Positions 61,360 through 64,000 of a stretch of DNA of 64,000 nucleotides are shown one piece after another. Under the pieces are notes generated by a model. The model saw nothing but the letters and a program-made list of their open reading frames with translations. It was not told the DNA's origin and searched no databases. The position numbers and the translations under genes are program-made. How positions within the stretch are numbered: position 1 is the stretch's first letter; the number at the start of each line of letters is the position of its first letter. Source of the stretch: Terriglobia bacterium (GTDB lineage: Bacteria > Acidobacteriota > Terriglobia > Acidiferrales > UBA7541); contig OY968796.1 in the NCBI GenBank assembly GCA_963695545.1, forward strand, positions 1,344,001 through 1,408,000. The letters are read 5' to 3'.

Positions 61360-62301
61360 TCAGGGCTTGGGGTGGGCGGCGAAGAAGGACCAGATCAGAT
61401 CGGTGGCCGGAACGCTGTTGCCGCTAAGCGGGTGGCCCGGCCACATGTGGTGTCCGCCTTGGATGGCGTAAAGCTCCACAGCCGTGCCGTCTTTGCACCC
61501 CGAATATTTGTCGACCTGAGCTTCAGCCACTTCTTCGTGCGTAGGCGGTGATGGACAGGCGTCGCGCTTGATCCAAAAATCCACGGCGTAGGCCACCGAG
61601 TTGTCGGTGCGTTTTCCGCCGATCTGAAAGGGCGTGCTCCCGCCGTCAAAAGGGACCAGGTGGTCGTCAGTGCCGTGAAAGGTCAACACCGAGACGCGCG
61701 CCGCGGGCCGGCAATCGACGTTCTGAGCGCCTTCCACCGGAGAAATAGCCGCGACCTGGTCCGACATTTCGCAGGCTACGCGATACGACATCATCGCGCC
61801 GTTGGAGATTCCGGTGAAGTAGATGCGCTTGCGGTCGATGCTGTAATCGCGCTCAAGTTCCGCGAGCAGCGCGCGAAGGAAGCCGATGTCGTCAACGTGG
61901 TTCTCGATCGCGTAGCCGCAGCAGTTTCCGGCGTTCCACGTGGGTATATCGCTGATGCGGCCGGTGCCGCTCGGATAGATCGCAAGGAAATGTTGCTGGT
62001 CGGCCTTGGCGCTCATGCCGGACATGCTTTCGACGCTTTGTGTGCTTTGCGTGGCGCCATGCAATACAAACACAAGCGGCATCGGCGTCGTGCCGTCGTA
62101 GCCGGGCGGAATGTGAAGCAGATAGGTGCGCGTAAGGCCGCCAAATTCCATCGAACCGGAACGCGTGCCGGCCTGCGTTGCAGCAGCAGATTCCGGCGCG
62201 GGGCTCGCCACAGCTTTGCGGTGCCGCCAAGCGATGGCACACAGAAGCAGCACGACAATGCTCAGGATGAAAACTCTTCGGATTCGTGTGCGCACGCCCA
62301 T
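61360..62301 (-). CDS. PHB depolymerase/LpqC-family esterase
   Basis: LVFVLHGA, WNAGNCC, DDIGFL, TGISNGAMM nucleophile elbow, FHGTDD, GGHHMWPG. Confidence 0.88.
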   Translation of the reverse strand: MGVRTRIRRVFILSIVVLLLCAIAWRHRKAVASPAPESAAATQAGTRSGSMEFGGLTRTYLLHIPPGYDGTTPMPLVFVLHGATQSTQSVESMSGMSAKADQQHFLAIYPSGTGRISDIPTWNAGNCCGYAIENHVDDIGFLRALLAELERDYSIDRKRIYFTGISNGAMMSYRVACEMSDQVAAISPVEGAQNVDCRPAARVSVLTFHGTDDHLVPFDGGSTPFQIGGKRTDNSVAYAVDFWIKRDACPSPPTHEEVAEAQVDKYSGCKDGTAVELYAIQGGHHMWPGHPLSGNSVPATDLIWSFFAAHPKP

Positions 62302-62472
62302 GGAGTCGCCGCTTGCAAACCATCCTACGCGGGCTCGAATATGCGCCAGCCGAAAATTTTCTTTCCTACGTCGGGAATGTCACTACCGTCGAAGAGTACA
62401 GCATGTCGAGAAGGAACAGGCTGCGGCCGCGCACTAGCGCGAGCCGAAGCGGGCCAGATTCGCCGAAGACGA

Positions 62473-63048
62473 TTACCGCAGATCACCGGGCGGAATGTCG
62501 TTGTGGCGTGCCATGTCGAGTAGCGCGTCGATTTTCGCCTGGGTGTCCGCCGCTTGCTTCTGCAGCGCCGCCACTTGTTCCTGCGGCGTTCCGGCCGGAG
62601 CGCGTGCGCCCATGGATACCCCGGAATCGCCTCGGCTGTCGCCGTCGATGGCCGATTGCGCTGAAGCCATTTCATCGTTGATCCGGTCGAGTGCAGCGTA
62701 GAGCGGGGCAAGTTGCTTCCGGTACCATTCCGGGTCTTTTTCATTGGGCAGTTTGGCTGCCGTGGTCCCCGGCTTCGCGGCAGTCTTCTGATCCGTGGTC
62801 GCTGCGGGAGCTGCGGGGGTGTTGCCGATCACGGAAATGCCGCCCGCGCCCTGGTCGCGCAGTTGGTCCACGTCGTCGTTCGTCCAGACCTTCTTCTGCG
62901 GCGCCGGCGGAGGATTGGGCGTCTGTGTCTGAGTCGAAGTCGAGGTCGAAGTCGAAGTTGACGCCTGGGCACGTAAGCTTACCGGGCGCGTCGTCAAGGC
63001 TTCTGCCAGCACAAGAAGAACTACAACGGTAAAGAGAGAGGGTTTCAT
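62473..63048 (-). CDS. Secreted hypothetical protein
   Basis: Signal peptide, ST/QT linker, KKVWTNDDV motif, coiled coil, IPPGDLR end. Confidence 0.75.
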   Translation of the reverse strand: MKPSLFTVVVLLVLAEALTTRPVSLRAQASTSTSTSTSTQTQTPNPPPAPQKKVWTNDDVDQLRDQGAGGISVIGNTPAAPAATTDQKTAAKPGTTAAKLPNEKDPEWYRKQLAPLYAALDRINDEMASAQSAIDGDSRGDSGVSMGARAPAGTPQEQVAALQKQAADTQAKIDALLDMARHNDIPPGDLR

Positions 63049-63090
63049 GGCCTTATTACCTCTTTGACCCCCATTATAAGCCTGCGGGGT

Positions 63091-63996
63091 TCAGGGGCGT
63101 GGCGGGTCGGTAGCCGAGGTGTTCAACTCATTACGGACGGCCTGCAATTCCTCGGCAGGCGACCCCACACGGCGGTACTGGCTGAATTCGGTGATTTCGT
63201 GATCGGCGTATGGGAAGATGAATTTTCGGCCGTCGAAATCGTATTGGTAGCGGACCGGCTCCCAGACCCCAGGAGCCACCTCGGCTTGATCCATGACGAA
63301 CCGGCCGCCGCGATATAGCTTTGCGATGATGCCTGCGCCGAACCAGACGTCGCTCGTGATCGCGGCCTCCAGGTGCACCACTTGCGCCGTCGATTCGTCT
63401 ATCCAAACGACGGCGCGCAGATGCTGCAGCACCTGGGCGGTGGGCGTCGTCGCATGAAAGTCGGGATTCGGGTCCATTTGCAATTTGATCACCGGGTGGC
63501 CGTCGCGCATCTCGCGCCCGAGCCATGAGAAATGAAACGCGTTGCCTACGTTTGTGACCAAGTCGGCGCGATCCTTCTGGCGCCGGCTGTAACGGGCCAG
63601 CGTTTGCTGTTCGGTCGCGTCGGGGTTTGCCACCATGGTCAGCACGTTCGCCAGATACTCCAGTTGCGCGCGATACGCCGTCGGGTCGGCCGGCTTTCCC
63701 GGCGCGGCCAGCGGCAGGCGCATGATGCCGGTACCGGTCGGAAGAACGCGGTTGAGCGTTTCCTGTGTCACAGGCGGATTCGTGCCGGCTTTTCGGATCC
63801 AGTCGTGCTCGATGCGCTCGTATTGATCGAGAAGCTGGTCATTGCGATGCTGATTCGCAATCACGCGCTGAGACAACATCTGAACTTCAGCGGGCGAAGG
63901 CGGCTGATCTTGGCCCGGAGCGCTTTGCGGAGGCTTTGCGGCGAGCGCGGCCGCAGCGATGGTCGCGACGAGGAGCGTTGCGAGCAAGTGTCTCAT
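63091..63996 (-). CDS. Secreted hypothetical protein (LolA/MucB-like beta fold possible)
   Basis: Signal peptide; AVVWIDESTAQVVHLEA, FSQYRR. Confidence 0.7.
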   Translation of the reverse strand: MRHLLATLLVATIAAAALAAKPPQSAPGQDQPPSPAEVQMLSQRVIANQHRNDQLLDQYERIEHDWIRKAGTNPPVTQETLNRVLPTGTGIMRLPLAAPGKPADPTAYRAQLEYLANVLTMVANPDATEQQTLARYSRRQKDRADLVTNVGNAFHFSWLGREMRDGHPVIKLQMDPNPDFHATTPTAQVLQHLRAVVWIDESTAQVVHLEAAITSDVWFGAGIIAKLYRGGRFVMDQAEVAPGVWEPVRYQYDFDGRKFIFPYADHEITEFSQYRRVGSPAEELQAVRNELNTSATDPPRP

Positions 63997-64000
63997 TGTG

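Noticed and set aside
62925..62962. GTCGA(A/G) hexamer tandem repeat
   Set aside because: It encodes a Ser-Thr linker in a secreted protein; in-frame low complexity, not a phase-variation tract.

Overview
High-GC bacterial chromosome segment. The gene content (ADOP-type permease, VWA protein, short PheT) suggests Acidobacteriota, which is an inference. It contains the replication core (dnaA, dnaN, gyrB, gyrA, with DnaA boxes and DnaA-trios), the thrS / infC-rpmI-rplT-pheS-pheT-zapA cluster, a 6S RNA and a TIGR00282 phosphoesterase. Accessory highlights: (1) at the left edge, a two-gene STAND-like pair, with a soluble TIR-TIR-AAA_35 ATPase followed by an AAA_35-TM-TPR protein that the ORF track missed because it runs off the window; (2) a ~10.3 kb metal-transport block between zapA and 6S RNA, bounded by a 10-bp direct repeat, in which a duplicated promoter + DUF2946/CruR-like uORF (His/CxxC, C-terminal RAPP) precedes both a TonB-dependent importer and a CzcCBA-type exporter; (3) a RAYT transposase flanked by GTAG-type REP palindromes, with further dispersed copies; (4) an apparent C-to-G strand-skew switch near 40 kb rather than at dnaA. 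All calls were made by eye from sequence motifs; no database searches were run.
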